Shown: positions 11,303 to 22,716, counted from the stretch's first letter. The stretch: 64,000 nucleotides of DNA from Candidatus Latescibacterota bacterium (GCA_965219385.1 CBDCNM010000002.1:2164936-2228935), one strand, 5' to 3'. The notes: generated by a model not told the origin, from the sequence alone. Program-made: numbers and translations.

Positions 11303-12382
11303 ATGATGCAGCCACAACGTCTTAGCAAAGACAGCCTGCAACAGAGCGAATACTGGATGCGCGCCATCTCGTTTGCCGGCCTACATCGTATCTTGAAGGC
11401 CGTTGCAGATTTTCCGAACGGACTGAGGGCTAGTGAGATCAATAAACTAGTGCAGGAAAAAGACATCTCGCTTACTCGGCGTAGTTCACCCCCAGCACCT
11501 ACGACCCTTTATCACTATCGGAATACCTTGCTTCACTTACGCGCACTCAAACGAGATGGACGGATGTTGCGTGTCAACTACGAGGATCCTGATGTCTACA
11601 AACTGCTACGTGAGCTGGTCCCAGCCAAAGGAGATCAGTCACTATGTGATGCCGCAAAAGACCTGTTTGCAGCACTGGTTCTGAAAAACGAACAATGCAG
11701 GTCACTTTTCTTCGATCTTTTCATGCCCTCGGATGCAAGTTCTGATTCCGTTTCCAGTTTCCGGCAAAACGGTGTTCCCGTTAAGTGGTCCCGACCCCGT
11801 TCCTCCCACGCCAAGGAGGTTATTCTTCAAAACAGCACAACGGGATACACAGCGTATCTTACGTCACACGCAAGTGTGGCTGCGATTTTATATGGCGTGC
11901 GCTACTGGGCACGTGATGAGTTGAAACTTATAGACGAATACTGTCAACGATCTGATGGTGGTACGATCATGTTTCCTGTGTTTCGTCCTGGACCATCCGT
12001 CAAAGGAATCGACTCCGCTGTACTGCAGACGGTGCGCTTCGTCCTTTCTCTACGTACACCCGGTGAGTGGACGTTATTCTCCGTTTTCGATCTCATCGCT
12101 CGTTGCTGCGAAGTGCACAGACAACCGATCAGCGTGCTTTTCGGCGCGATCGACTGGCTGCTTCACGAATGGCCCCATCACACCGTCCTAATTCCGACAT
12201 CTCGTGCCCTCGCGACGCTGACGGTGACATCTCCGCAAAGGGAAACTCTGGAATTACGAAGATATTACAAGACTTCGAACGGACCCTACATTTCCCACAT
12301 TCGCATACACAAAGACATAATAGTTGAAGCTAAGGAGTTGACAGACCATCATGCGCGACATCCTTCAAAAACTCAGGCTTGA
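11303..12382 (+). CDS. Hypothetical protein, probably several winged-helix-like DNA-binding units
   Basis: 359-aa intact ORF. N-terminal LHRILKAV..NGLRASEINKLV...TTLYHYRNTLLHLRALKRDG is wHTH-like. Overlaps the next gene by 32 bp. Confidence 0.7.
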   Translation: MMQPQRLSKDSLQQSEYWMRAISFAGLHRILKAVADFPNGLRASEINKLVQEKDISLTRRSSPPAPTTLYHYRNTLLHLRALKRDGRMLRVNYEDPDVYKLLRELVPAKGDQSLCDAAKDLFAALVLKNEQCRSLFFDLFMPSDASSDSVSSFRQNGVPVKWSRPRSSHAKEVILQNSTTGYTAYLTSHASVAAILYGVRYWARDELKLIDEYCQRSDGGTIMFPVFRPGPSVKGIDSAVLQTVRFVLSLRTPGEWTLFSVFDLIARCCEVHRQPISVLFGAIDWLLHEWPHHTVLIPTSRALATLTVTSPQRETLELRRYYKTSNGPYISHIRIHKDIIVEAKELTDHHARHPSKTQA

Positions 12383-13553
12383 TTCCAATCCTTTCGAGCC
12401 CGCTGCGACAGGTGCGCCCATCCGGGCAAATCTGTCGCCCCCAAACGCGCTGGAAACTCGAATGAAAGAGCTCCTCGACTTGCATCAAACAGGATCCGGT
12501 GTGAAGGCCATCGTCATCGTCGGCGAATATGGGACCGGAAAGACCTGCCTCCTGCAATGGCTCCATAGCGAGGTCTTTCCAAGTCGTCAAATCAAGCCGT
12601 TCTACTTCGACAACCCGGGGGTGCAATTCTACGATCTTGCCAATATGTTGTTGCGCACTATCGGACGCAAGGATTTCGCCAAGTTCATCTGGGAGCTTGC
12701 AGAAGCACATATAACCGATCCATACCAGAGAAGCCTTTTTCAAAAAGGTTACGAGGAATATTTATCCAGCTTATTCCGTCCGGGCCGACAACAGGACATG
12801 ACAAGCTCCCTCCAGGAGGCCATCAAAAGTGCGGATGTTACGACTGACGAAGAGATCGCGCACTGTCTCGCCCGGATCGTTACTGACGTCGTAAAGAAAC
12901 CATACTTCGAATATCGAGATTTCATACCTCGGCAGAAAGGTAGCGTGGTTCCAGAAGGAGAGGAAGCACCGTACTTCCGCGCAATCTTGAAAACAATCTC
13001 GCAGGGGACGGGCGCCAAGGCCATCGCGTTTCTGATCGACGAATTCGAGGAAATAGGTCTTCAAAAAAGACTTACTAAGCGAGCCGCGCACGATTATCTA
13101 GCCACGCTGAAGCGGTTGATCAACCTCGCTCAGAGAGGGCAAGTTGACTTCTGGGTCGTTTTGTCAATGACACCCGATGCATACGAGAGAACAGTAGGAC
13201 TTGAGCCCGCGTTGGTCGAACGTATATCCGGGCAAGAACACGCACTCAATGTCGAAGCCTTGGCACTCAATGTCGAAGCCTTGGATCGCGACGATGCGAT
13301 AGCCTTGATGAGATCACGTATAGACGCTGCTCGGCCAAGAGAAACGGACGAATCAACGGGAGCCCTTTTCCCATTCCCTGAAGATATTGTCTTCCGTCCC
13401 AACACCTACTCGAATCCCAGGCGGCTCGTAAAGACATGTTTTCGAGCGATTGCGCAGGCGGATGCTGACGTGCGGCTACCATTTACTGAAGACTATCTTC
13501 ACAAAATCGAAGATGAACTTTATCCCAGCTCGACTACTAGCGAGAATGCATAG
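12351..13553 (+). CDS. P-loop/AAA+ ATPase (BrxD/Cdc6-like architecture)
   Basis: Walker A GEYGTGKT, Walker B FLIDEFEE, PALVERI (arginine-finger-like), NPRRLVK (sensor-2-like). Confidence 0.85.
   Translation: MRDILQKLRLDSNPFEPAATGAPIRANLSPPNALETRMKELLDLHQTGSGVKAIVIVGEYGTGKTCLLQWLHSEVFPSRQIKPFYFDNPGVQFYDLANMLLRTIGRKDFAKFIWELAEAHITDPYQRSLFQKGYEEYLSSLFRPGRQQDMTSSLQEAIKSADVTTDEEIAHCLARIVTDVVKKPYFEYRDFIPRQKGSVVPEGEEAPYFRAILKTISQGTGAKAIAFLIDEFEEIGLQKRLTKRAAHDYLATLKRLINLAQRGQVDFWVVLSMTPDAYERTVGLEPALVERISGQEHALNVEALALNVEALDRDDAIALMRSRIDAARPRETDESTGALFPFPEDIVFRPNTYSNPRRLVKTCFRAIAQADADVRLPFTEDYLHKIEDELYPSSTTSENA
13242..13283 (+). repeat. In-frame 21-bp tandem duplication (ALNVEAL x2)
   Basis: gcactcaatgtcgaagccttg twice, perfect. 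Confidence 0.95.
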
Positions 13554-13555
13554 CC

Positions 13556-14335
13556 ATGAAAGAGGAGCAAACCTTTCGGAAAGTAGTGTTTCTGGACACG
13601 AATACATTACATTACATTCGGCTTTGCTTAGAGTACGCTAAGGAGGATGGTTTTCAATTTCCTACGGACGAGCAAGCGATATCCAAGTTGAAAGACCATT
13701 TTTGTAGTATTCGCGAAAAGCCTCTAAAGGAATCCCTTCAAAAAGGCTTGGAGACGATCATTCGACTGTCAACGGATGATGTACAAATCGAATACGCAGC
13801 CGTATCAGACCTTGAAATGCTCACTGGGCTTGCGGAGGGAAAAGCACGTATAAACGTGGCCAAAGAGGGTATTCCGCATCGAATGTGGTCAAGATTTTCG
13901 CAGAAGGAGATTCGAGATCGGATAACCGCCAAGGATTTGGCGACTATCAAGGAGCGCATTGATGCTCTCGACTCAATGCTAGAGGAGTCTGGCGTTACGA
14001 TTACACGAACTGACAGCAAACGAACAAACGAGATAATTGAGTTGGCGAAAGGCATAGTTGGTCTTATCTACATGGGCGAGATAGATAGTATCATTTACGC
14101 GAGTGCAGTGGCCGCCGAAGCGGACTATTTGGTCACTACCGATGGCTACCTCAGAGAAACTGTGAATAATATCCGCGATTCGGAGGATCAACGATACAAG
14201 AAAATTCGGCAAAAGTTGCGTAAGCTTATCAGCGAAGTGATACTTGAAACGAGCGGAGAGTTCGAGTTCGACCTCCCCCGAGCCTTTACAGTTACGTATA
14301 AAGGCAAGCTGAAAGGAGTGCAGTCTTTTCCTTGA
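13556..14335 (+). CDS. PIN-domain protein (extended)
   Basis: VVFLDTNTL at the N-terminus, central E (SDLEM), DSIIYASAVAAEADYLVTTD: the PIN acidic quartet pattern. Confidence 0.8.
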   Translation: MKEEQTFRKVVFLDTNTLHYIRLCLEYAKEDGFQFPTDEQAISKLKDHFCSIREKPLKESLQKGLETIIRLSTDDVQIEYAAVSDLEMLTGLAEGKARINVAKEGIPHRMWSRFSQKEIRDRITAKDLATIKERIDALDSMLEESGVTITRTDSKRTNEIIELAKGIVGLIYMGEIDSIIYASAVAAEADYLVTTDGYLRETVNNIRDSEDQRYKKIRQKLRKLISEVILETSGEFEFDLPRAFTVTYKGKLKGVQSFP

Positions 14336-14349
14336 GATAGGCGCTGGTC

Positions 14350-15564
14350 ATGAAATATCGAACCACTGAGCAAGCAGAGTGGAAACACTGGGTAACGCCA
14401 AGGGGTGCCAAAGAGAAGGCAATCCACCGTTGGTATCTATTTCCCCACAGCTTTACCGACGATCTCGTCCACGCGTTGATCAATGAATGGGGACTTAACG
14501 GCCAGGACAAGATCCTTGATCCCTTCGCAGGCGCAGGTACAACGCTATTGGCCGCGAAGGAAATGGGCATTCCGAGTAACGGCTATGATCTTTCCCCACT
14601 CGCCGTTCTCGCATCCAATACCAAGACCGCTACTTGCTCCCGACAGCGGTTGGAAGCAGCATGGCAAACACTCGAACGTACATTGATGCACAACAGCACG
14701 ACGCCCATGGACCGTTCCTACCCGGAACTGGTTCACAAGGCGCTCCCAGAGGGACGGCTTGAAGCACTCGATGCAGTTGCGACGGGCATTGAGAACATTG
14801 ATTGTTCGTCCTCGGAACGGGACTTCTTCCGATTGGCGTTGCTTTCCATCATACCGCGTTTCAGCCATGCGGTCGCAAATGGAGGTTGGTTGAGGTGGTT
14901 GAACCAAGGCGCTGGTGCCGAGAACGTTACGATTTTTTTTAAGGAACAAGTTGAGATGATGTTGTCGGACGTTTGTGACACAGCCCCCCAAGGCGATAGT
15001 TATTGGGAAGCCCGTGTCGCGGATGCGCGTGTCATGCCGGCATCCGATGCGGAGTACTCAGCCGTGATTACTTCGCCGCCGTACCCGAATCGTCACGACT
15101 ATACGCGGATTTTTGGTGTCGAATTGATGTTTGCCTTTCATGACTTGGAAGCAAATCGAGCACTTAGATATCAGACGTTTCATTCCCATCCCGAAGCTCG
15201 TCCGAATCGACCGTCGGCTAGAAGATACAAGCCCCCGGAAGCTTTGGAAGGCAGTGTTCGCGATCTAAGTAACAAGCGTCTGCAGCGCATGTTGAACGGA
15301 TATTTTCTGGACATGTATCTATGTCTTTGCGAAGTTGCCCGTGTTTGTCGCAAAGGTGCGAAGGCAGCGTTCGTCGTGGGGAATACACAATACGATGGCA
15401 CGGCTATCCTTGTTGATGAGTTCACGGCGGAAATTGGGGAGCGGGCGGGTCTCACCTGCAAGGAAATACGAGCAGTGCGGTGGCGTGGAAATAGTGCGCA
15501 GCAGATGGGAAAGTACGGACGCATGGCGGCCCGAGAGAGCGTTGTCATGTTTGAGAAGCCATGA
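14350..15564 (+). CDS. Amino-DNA methyltransferase, alpha order, likely m4C
   Basis: IHRWY.FPHSF; motif I LDPFAGAGTT precedes motif IV ITSPPY. Confidence 0.88.
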   Translation: MKYRTTEQAEWKHWVTPRGAKEKAIHRWYLFPHSFTDDLVHALINEWGLNGQDKILDPFAGAGTTLLAAKEMGIPSNGYDLSPLAVLASNTKTATCSRQRLEAAWQTLERTLMHNSTTPMDRSYPELVHKALPEGRLEALDAVATGIENIDCSSSERDFFRLALLSIIPRFSHAVANGGWLRWLNQGAGAENVTIFFKEQVEMMLSDVCDTAPQGDSYWEARVADARVMPASDAEYSAVITSPPYPNRHDYTRIFGVELMFAFHDLEANRALRYQTFHSHPEARPNRPSARRYKPPEALEGSVRDLSNKRLQRMLNGYFLDMYLCLCEVARVCRKGAKAAFVVGNTQYDGTAILVDEFTAEIGERAGLTCKEIRAVRWRGNSAQQMGKYGRMAARESVVMFEKP

Positions 15565-15650
15565 CAGCCAAATTGGGTATGGGTCCTGTTTTACGTAGCG
15601 AGCAAGGAGAACGGGGCGCATGACACTGTTGAAATGAGGGAGCAGAAGCA

Positions 15651-15956
15651 ATGAACCCACAGGTATCGGTATCGAAGACCGCGCTGGCCGCCTTCTGTCA
15701 AGAGTACGGAATCAAGCGGCTCGCCATCTTTGGCTCAGCGCTGCGAGAGGACTTCGGACCAGAGAGCGATATAGATGTGCTCGTCGAGTTCGAACCAGAT
15801 CGTATCCCAGGACTGCTGGGCGTTGCCGGCATGGAGCTGGAGTTATCTGAGCTGTTCACGGGACGCACAGTGGATCTGCGGACACCCGAGGATCTGAGCC
15901 CCTACTTCCGGCAAGATGTTCTGGCCACGGCGGAGGTTCAATATGATCAAGCATGA
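15651..15956 (+). CDS. MNT nucleotidyltransferase antitoxin (MntA-like)
   Basis: [19 protein letters not shown] (GSx10DxD). Confidence 0.9.
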   Translation: MNPQVSVSKTALAAFCQEYGIKRLAIFGSALREDFGPESDIDVLVEFEPDRIPGLLGVAGMELELSELFTGRTVDLRTPEDLSPYFRQDVLATAEVQYDQA

Positions 15957-16274
15957 CGAAATTCGCTTACGCCACATGATTGAAGCGGCCCGTGAGGTCG
16001 TGTCGTTTGCGTGCGGCCGAGTCCGTGACGACCTGGAGAGCGATCGCCAGTTGGTCTTGTCGTTGGTCAAAGACATCGAGATTGTTGGTGAAGCCGCGAC
16101 TCAGATAACCGAACCGACATTCCTTGGACCAGGGTTGTCGCAATGCGAAACCGACTTGTTCACGCGTATTTCAGCATCAACCTCGATGTCGTCTGGCAGA
16201 CCGTGCAGGAAGACCTGCCGACACTGATCGCCAAGCTTGAGCCGCTCGTGCCGCCTGAATCTGATCATGACTGA
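15943..16274 (+). pseudogene. HepT/DUF86 HEPN RNase, frameshifted
   Basis: [14 protein letters not shown]...IEIVGEAA in one frame; IPWTRVVAMRNRLVHAYFSINLDVVWQTV (Rx4H) continues in another frame after about 16118. Confidence 0.85.
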
Positions 16275-16590
16275 ATGAACCGCTGCGCCTACATCTTCCA
16301 TCATAGGGCCGAATGTCTATCATGTCAATATCACTAAACGAAGCGCGACCGCGATCTGTCGCCAGTCACTACAGCGAGACATTCGAGCCATGATCGAACA
16401 AGGGATCGTGGAAGAAGAAGCAACGAGTCCGACGGACCCCGGCAAACGATACGTATTCAATGATGGATAGCCTGGTTCGGGAGCTATGACAAGCTGTGAC
16501 GTGGAGCTATGACATGGCACACTGTGACAAGCCATCACAGAATCGCGGGAGAATTGTGAGGCGGCGTCTGCTGTGTGGGAGAACTCCCCC

Positions 16591-17402
16591 ATGACGCTTG
16601 ATCAAATCGCAGCGCTTGCCGCGGCCGGCGAATCCGAAACGCTGGAGTTCAAGAGCACGACGGGAACCCGCCGGGAAGCGGCCAGAACGGTTTGCGCCAT
16701 GCTCAATCAGTCTTGGACAATCGTCAGTTCAATGGCAACGCTTTCGCACTGCTCGCACACGCGGAGCGTTTCCTGCGCGACACTCTGCCCATCGCCGGTC
16801 GATTCGAGCCAGATCGCTTCGAGCGGATAGACGAACCGCTCTATCCTCCTCTGGCGACGCGAGAAGCGCTGGCCAACGCCCTGTGCCATCGCGACTACTC
16901 TATCGGCGGCGGCTCCATTGGCGTGGCGGTTTACGATGACCGTCTGGAGGTGACCTCTGCTGGTTCACTGCACTTTGGCCTAACGCCAGAGGAGCTGTTC
17001 GCCCCGCACGAATCGCGGCCGTGGAATCCGTTGATCGCTCGCACCTTCCACCGCCGGGGAATCATCGAAGAGTGGGGAAGCGGGACGCTCAAGATGGCGG
17101 AACTGACGAGTAGCGCGGGCCTTCCAATCCCGGAGATAGAGGATGACGGTGGGTGCGTGACCGTGCGGTTCCGACACGGCCAATTCGTGCCGCGCAGAGG
17201 GGACATGAGCGAGCGGCAGGAGGCAATCATCGCTCTGCTAGATCGTGTGAACGATGGATTGACGCTACGCGAAATCCAAGCGCGACTGGCTCCTGCCGTC
17301 AGCGAACGCCAAGTACGAAGGGCTCTAGAGGGGTTGAGAGACCGAGGGTTGGTGTCGGCAGGTCTCGGCCCATCGGCTCTCTGGAAACACACGAAAAAAT
17401 AG
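16591..17402 (+). pseudogene. AlbA_2 (Schlafen-like) + HATPase_c_4 + HTH protein with internal deletion and frameshift
   Basis: GESETLEFKSTTG...VCAMLN is joined out of frame to REALANALCHRDY...IEEWGSGT and a C-terminal HTH. Confidence 0.85.
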
Positions 17403-17437
17403 GTAGTGCCGAGCGTGACGACTCACAGAATCCCAGA

Positions 17438-17478
17438 GGCGCGATAGGGGCGCGATGGGGGCGCGATGGGGGCGCGAT
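17438..17478 (+). repeat. 11-bp tandem repeat (GGCGCGATGGG, about 3.7 copies) upstream of hsdR
   Basis: Read directly from the sequence. Confidence 0.9.
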
Positions 17479-17547
17479 TATGCCTCTGCCTCATTCGTAC
17501 GGGGGCCGCCCCTTTCACCCAAGGGCTTCCAGCGATAAGATCAGGCC

Positions 17548-20487
17548 ATGATTGAACTCAACATCACCGAAGCCGGCTCCGTCCAGTTCCCCATGGTCCG
17601 CCACGCGGCCGAAATCGGCTGGACGCCACTCCCCCCACAAGACGCCCTGCGCAAACGCGGCGGCGAAACCGGGCTGCTATTCCGCGATGAGCTTGAAGCG
17701 AAGTTCGGTGCATTCAACCCCTGGATGACAGACGATTCCATCCGCGCCGTCGTCGAACGGCTCGAAGCGATCCCGCCGACGATTGAGGGCAACCGGGAGA
17801 TGCTCGCCTATCTGCGCGGCGAGCGGCAGTGGTACGATGAGGCCGAAGAGCGATCCCGACCTGTCCAACTCGTCGATTTCGATACGCCCAGTAACAATAT
17901 CTTCCACGTCACTTGGGAGTGGAAGCTCAAGCCCCCGGCCCGCAAGGGCAACCGCGCCGACGTGATGTTCGTCGTCAACGGGGTGCCGGTCGCCATCGTC
18001 GAGCATAAGAATCCAAAGGACGCCGACGCCATCGAGCGGGGCGTCACCCAGTTGCGACGCTACGAGAAGGAGACGCCCGAGCTGATGGGCGCGGCACAGC
18101 TCTTCAACGTTACGCACCTTCTCGACTATTGGTATGGCGTCACTTGGAACATAGCGCGCCGGTCCATGGCGCGTTGGAAGGAACAGCCGGAGGAAAACTA
18201 CCGCTTCGCCGTCCAGTCGTTCTTCGAGCCGACCGATTTCCTGAGCACGCTACGCGATTGGATCCTCTTCTACGTCGAAGACGGCGAGACGAGGAAGTCC
18301 GTGCTGCGCCAGCACCAACGCCGAGCCGTGGACCGCATCGTCGAGCGCTGTGCCGAGCCAGCGAAACGGCGCGGACTCATCTGGCATACCCAAGGCTCCG
18401 GCAAGACCTTCACCCTGCTCACTGCCGCTCGTCTGATCTTGGAACGCAAGGATGAATTCAGCACTCCGACGGTGGTGGTGGTCGTGGACCGGACCGAACT
18501 CGAAGGACAACTCGAGGGCTGGGTCGAAAGGCTGCTCGGCGAGATGCAGCAGCAGGACATCGCGGTCTGGCGCGCCAACTCCAAGGCTGAGCTGCGGGAT
18601 ATGCTCAAAACCGACAAGCGCGGCCTAATCCTGTCCATGATCCACAAGTTTGAGGGGCTGGAGAAAGACGTCAATACCCGCGACAACGTGTACGTGTTCA
18701 TCGACGAGGCGCACCGCTCGGTCGCCAAGGAACTGGGTACCTATCTGATGGCGGCCGTGCCCAACGCGACGATCATCGGATTCACCGGCACGCCGATTGA
18801 CCAGACCGCATACGGAGAAGGTACCTTCAAGATATTCGGAGTCGATGACGAGTTGGGCTATCTCGACAAGTACTCCATCGCCGAGTCGATTAAGGACGAG
18901 ACGACGCTACCGATCCGCCACACCATGGCCCCGAGCGAGATGACGGTGCCGGCAGAGCGGCTCGACCGGGAGTTTTTCGCCCTCGCCGAGATGGAGGGCG
19001 TTACCGACGTCGACGAGCTCAACAAGGTCCTCGACCAAGCCGTCGGCCTGCGCACCTTCCTATCCGCCGACGACCGCATCGAGAAGGTCGCCGCGTTCGT
19101 CGCCGAGCATTTCCGCGAGAACGTGGCACCGCTCCATTACAAGGCGTTCCTCGTCGGCGTGAACCGCGAAGCCTGTGCCAAGTACAAGCGGGCGCTCGAC
19201 AAGCTGCTGCCCCCCGAATGGACTACGCCGGTCTATACCGAGAATGCCGCCGACATCGTCAACCGCCCGATCGTTGCGAAGTACCAGCTTTCGCCGGACC
19301 GCGAGGCAGATACGCGCCTGATGTTCAAGAAAGCGGATGCGAATCCGAAGATTCTCATCGTCACCGACAAGCTACTCACGGGCTACGACGCGCCACTCCT
19401 CTACTGCCTATATCTCGACAAGCCCATGCGCGACCACGTACTCCTGCAAGCCATCGCGCGCGTGAACCGCCCTTACGGCCCGCAAAAACGGATCGGCCTC
19501 GTAGTCGATTTTGTCGGCGTGCTGCGCGAACTGAAAAAGGCGTTGCAGTTCGACTCGTCCGATGTCAGCGGCGCAATTGAGGACCTCGATCTCCTGCTGA
19601 GCGACTTGCTCGACAAGCTCGGACGAGCGGAAGCTACCTACCTCGCCGATGGGGAAAACGGTGGCGCAGATGAACGACTGGAGAAGCTCGTCTATGGGCG
19701 TTTTCTAGCACCAGAGCAGCGCAAGGAGTTCTTTGAAGCCTACAAGGAGATCGAAGCACTTTGGGAGATCCTGTCGCCTTCGCCAGAGTTGCGCGACCAC
19801 ATCGAAACCTTCAGGCGGCTGGCGCGACTCTACGAGACCGTGCGCAACGCCTATGCCAGCGGCACCAACTACACGGTGGACTTGGCCAACAAAACGCGGC
19901 TTCTGGTACAGGAGAATGCTACTCAAGAAGGACTCGGCCATCTGACGAAGACCGTGACGTTTGATGTGTCCACTCTTAAAGCGCTTCGAATCGAGCCGGG
20001 CTTGGATCAGACTAAGGTGTTCAACCTCGTGCGCGGCCTCCGGCAGGAAGTCGAGAACGAGCCGGACATGGAGCCGGTCCTGCTGCCCTTAAGGGAACGC
20101 GCCGAACGCATCCTGAAGGAACTGGAAAATCGCAAGACGACCGCGCTGGCGGCCATGGATCGGTTGGCTGACCTCGCCGCGGAGAAGGATGCAGCCACCC
20201 GGGCCGAACGGGACAGCGGGCTATCGTCGCGCGCGTTCGCCGTCCATTGGGTGCTGAAGGATGACGCCAAGCTGAAGATCGCTGGCATCGACACCTTGGA
20301 CTTGGCGCAACAAGCAGAAGTGCTGCTCGGCCGCTTCCCCAATGCGGCGGTCAGCGCCGACGAGCAAAGACGGCTGCGGGCGGCCCTCTATCGCCCGCTT
20401 CTGCGACTGGACGGAGGCGAACGGAGCCGCGTCGTAGAGCGCATCCTCGCCATTCTCCTGGGCGCCGGCACCGATGCGGACGCATGA
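17548..20487 (+). CDS. hsdR: Type I RM restriction subunit HsdR
   Basis: [19 protein letters not shown] nuclease motif, [33 protein letters not shown]. Confidence 0.95.
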   Translation: MIELNITEAGSVQFPMVRHAAEIGWTPLPPQDALRKRGGETGLLFRDELEAKFGAFNPWMTDDSIRAVVERLEAIPPTIEGNREMLAYLRGERQWYDEAEERSRPVQLVDFDTPSNNIFHVTWEWKLKPPARKGNRADVMFVVNGVPVAIVEHKNPKDADAIERGVTQLRRYEKETPELMGAAQLFNVTHLLDYWYGVTWNIARRSMARWKEQPEENYRFAVQSFFEPTDFLSTLRDWILFYVEDGETRKSVLRQHQRRAVDRIVERCAEPAKRRGLIWHTQGSGKTFTLLTAARLILERKDEFSTPTVVVVVDRTELEGQLEGWVERLLGEMQQQDIAVWRANSKAELRDMLKTDKRGLILSMIHKFEGLEKDVNTRDNVYVFIDEAHRSVAKELGTYLMAAVPNATIIGFTGTPIDQTAYGEGTFKIFGVDDELGYLDKYSIAESIKDETTLPIRHTMAPSEMTVPAERLDREFFALAEMEGVTDVDELNKVLDQAVGLRTFLSADDRIEKVAAFVAEHFRENVAPLHYKAFLVGVNREACAKYKRALDKLLPPEWTTPVYTENAADIVNRPIVAKYQLSPDREADTRLMFKKADANPKILIVTDKLLTGYDAPLLYCLYLDKPMRDHVLLQAIARVNRPYGPQKRIGLVVDFVGVLRELKKALQFDSSDVSGAIEDLDLLLSDLLDKLGRAEATYLADGENGGADERLEKLVYGRFLAPEQRKEFFEAYKEIEALWEILSPSPELRDHIETFRRLARLYETVRNAYASGTNYTVDLANKTRLLVQENATQEGLGHLTKTVTFDVSTLKALRIEPGLDQTKVFNLVRGLRQEVENEPDMEPVLLPLRERAERILKELENRKTTALAAMDRLADLAAEKDAATRAERDSGLSSRAFAVHWVLKDDAKLKIAGIDTLDLAQQAEVLLGRFPNAAVSADEQRRLRAALYRPLLRLDGGERSRVVERILAILLGAGTDADA

Positions 20488-20782
20488 CCAACGGCGCGCG
20501 GCCATTTGCGACCGCGTCGCCTACTGGGCGCGGCGATTGAACGTGCGGCCGCGGCTGGTTCGCGTTCAGCGCATGACCCGGAAATGGGGCTCCTGCTCGA
20601 CCTCCGGAATCGTCACTCTGGCCGCCGATCTGGCCGACCAAGCACCGGGATTCCAGGATTTCGTCATCGCCCACGAGTTGTTGCATCTGCGCCTTCCCAA
20701 CCATGGAAAATTGTTCAAAGCACTGATGACCGTTCACGTGCCTGACTGGAAGAAATACGACGTTGGCAAGCAGAGCCGCTAG
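20474..20782 (+). CDS. Short YgjP/DUF45-like metallopeptidase-domain protein
   Basis: [14 protein letters not shown] (HExxH), NHGKLF. Overlaps the end of hsdR, the usual position for this family. Confidence 0.8.
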   Translation: MRTHDQRRAAICDRVAYWARRLNVRPRLVRVQRMTRKWGSCSTSGIVTLAADLADQAPGFQDFVIAHELLHLRLPNHGKLFKALMTVHVPDWKKYDVGKQSR

Positions 20783-20835
20783 GCCGTCCAGGGCCAGGGA
20801 GATTGGTTAGATGGCCTCTAACAGGCCAAGGCGTT

Positions 20836-21380
20836 TTAGAAGAATACCTTGTGCAGCAAGCGCAGGTTGCGGCCCGGCTCGGGCAGGATGTCCTTGACGC
20901 GGTTTAGGTGGTTGCGGTACACCGCGTCGGTGGCGTTTTCCAAGGTCAGGGCAAAGGTGTGCAAATGCCCCCGCCAGTGCACGAAATACTGGCCCGAAAA
21001 ATCCAGGACCGCGTAGCCTTTGGTGGGCTCTTCAAACGCGCCGGGCCGGTTCTGGTCCGCGGCCAGGCGCAGGGCAATGGTGGCACTCAGGGCCTCGGTG
21101 GGTTCGCAGGTCAGGCTCAGGCGCCCGTGCAGGGGCGGCAGACGCGGCAGGGGTTCGTCGTCGCGGTCGGCGAGGTGGCCGCGCACATAGCTGAGGGTTC
21201 CAGCCACCTTCCAGGGCCGCGCCACGTGCTAATCGAAGGTGGCTTCGGCGCCGTGCATGAGGACGCGCTCCCCCACCATCTGGTAGAGGAAGAGATCGGC
21301 GCGCCGCCGGCTGCGCACGCCGCTATTCTTGGGGAAGATATAGCCCTCTATGTCATTGCGGAAGAAAGCCAGGTTCAGAT
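20836..21380 (-). pseudogene. TonB-dependent receptor C-terminal fragment with in-frame TAG
   Basis: FFRNDIEGYIF...GAEATFD*(21229)HVARPW...ENATDAVYRNHLNRVKDILPEPGRNLRL. Confidence 0.8.
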
Positions 21381-21945
21381 GGCCGTGTTCGAGGTTGTAG
21401 CGCACATCGTCGAAGCGGGCGTGGAAGAGCGGCCCCTTGCTGCCGCTGAAGGGCGAGCGGATAATGCGGTGCTCGGGGTCGTAGTTGGGCACCTGGGGAT
21501 CCTCGGCCAGGTAAAACCCGGCAAAGCGCCGGGCCCGCCGCATCATCTCGGTGTTGGTGGGATCGGACAGGCCCAGGGCGTAGAAGTAAATGTAGTTTTC
21601 GCTGTTGTGGAACCAGTCGTCGTCGTTGATGAATTCCCGCGAAGCGCGGCCGTAGTCGTAGGTGATCTGGCGGGTGAGGGCGTTCCACTCGTGCACGGCC
21701 ATCTCACTGGTGTACTCGCTGCCGCCCAGGGCGTAGAACACCGGCCAGTTGAAGAAGGCCTCGTACAGATCGTCGGCCCAGACCCCGTCGCCGGGATAGC
21801 TCTCCGTCCAGACCAGGGATCCGCCGGGGCGGGTGTACTTGTCGATGAAGAGGGGGGCGGCCTGATCCATGGTGTCGAACAGCCGGCGCTCCAGCACGGC
21901 CCAGGCGGGCGCCGGGGTGGGGGTGTGGCTCTGGATGGTAGACAT
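21381..21945 (-). pseudogene. Conserved hypothetical protein N-terminal fragment fused in frame to the TonB fragment
   Basis: MSTIQSHTPTPAPAWAVLERRL...ADDLYEAFFNWPVFYALGG switches abruptly to beta-barrel sequence at about 21380. Confidence 0.6.
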
Positions 21946-21959
21946 GCAGGTCCCTGGGG

Positions 21960-22492
21960 TTTTGACTACATAGAATTGCAGTGCCCGGTTCTCCCGTGAT
22001 GTGGACTGCCGAATTGAGATCATAGTCCTCGACTGGAAGAAACTCAGTGCCTTGTGAGCTTCGGGGGATAACGCTGAAACAATGCGTGTCATCCCTGACC
22101 TCTGTCAGATAGAAGATGAGATGTAGTATATACGTGTAGTATGGAGGATCCATGATTCTGGTGCCATCGCGGTGCCATTTGCACTGGGTGGGTCCATCTG
22201 GGTTCGGCGGCCGAATGACAACTTCATGCTGGTCGGCACAAAGGTCCGGTCCCATGATCTCCTCCATCAGAGGAAGCAATCTTGGTGGACGCATGGTTAC
22301 ATCAAACTCGGGATGAGATAGTAACATAAGGGTGTTGCTCCAACCTGGATAGTTCCCGCGACGCCATAGCCGGTGGTTTCCCTTGAAGTCGGTGTCGATT
22401 GCCGTGTTGACCTCCCCGACCTCTTCCGATGTGAGTAGTCCGGGAATCACGCAGTAACCATTTTTTGTGTAGTCAGCTAAATGCTTTTTCAT
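21960..22492 (-). pseudogene. Phytanoyl-CoA dioxygenase (PhyH) family, 3'-truncated cassette gene
   Basis: YTKNGYCVIPGLLTSEEV, WHRD, IFYLTEV, GEPGTAIL, then lost before the distal His. Confidence 0.8.
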
Positions 22493-22586
22493 TTCTAGAG
22501 TGCCCTACAGATTCGGGTACCAGCGCCCCGTGGTCTTCGGGCGGCACAGGACGTTCCGCCCCCCCGGGGGGGAACGCTGCACTTGC

Positions 22587-22674
22587 GCTTAATGTTCTCA
22601 TGCCCCCGCTCCGCACCGCCTAGCGGTTGGGTGAAGGGCCGAAAAGGCCCGGAGCCAGGGGCACGGTGTTATAG
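22587..22674 (-). repeat. attC-like site A (88 bp)
   Basis: Minus strand CTATAAC-acc-GTGCCCC...GGGGCAT-gagaac-ATTAAGC: imperfect palindrome, R' differs by one base from GTTRRRY. Confidence 0.65.
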
Positions 22675-22716
22675 GATGTACCAGCCGGGTTGGGATTGGC
22701 AGCCAAGGAATGGCTC

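Noticed and set aside
11303..15564. Calling the four-gene cassette BREX or DISARM
   Set aside because: Hallmark genes (PglZ, PglX, BrxC, DrmA/B helicases) are absent.
20805..20823. GTTAGATGGCCTCTAAC as an attC site
   Set aside because: Too short and the boxes are in the wrong order for a complete site.
21704..22492. 262-aa PhyH and 287-aa (21229-22092) ORFs as real full-length proteins
   Set aside because: Both are chimeras reading across deletion junctions.
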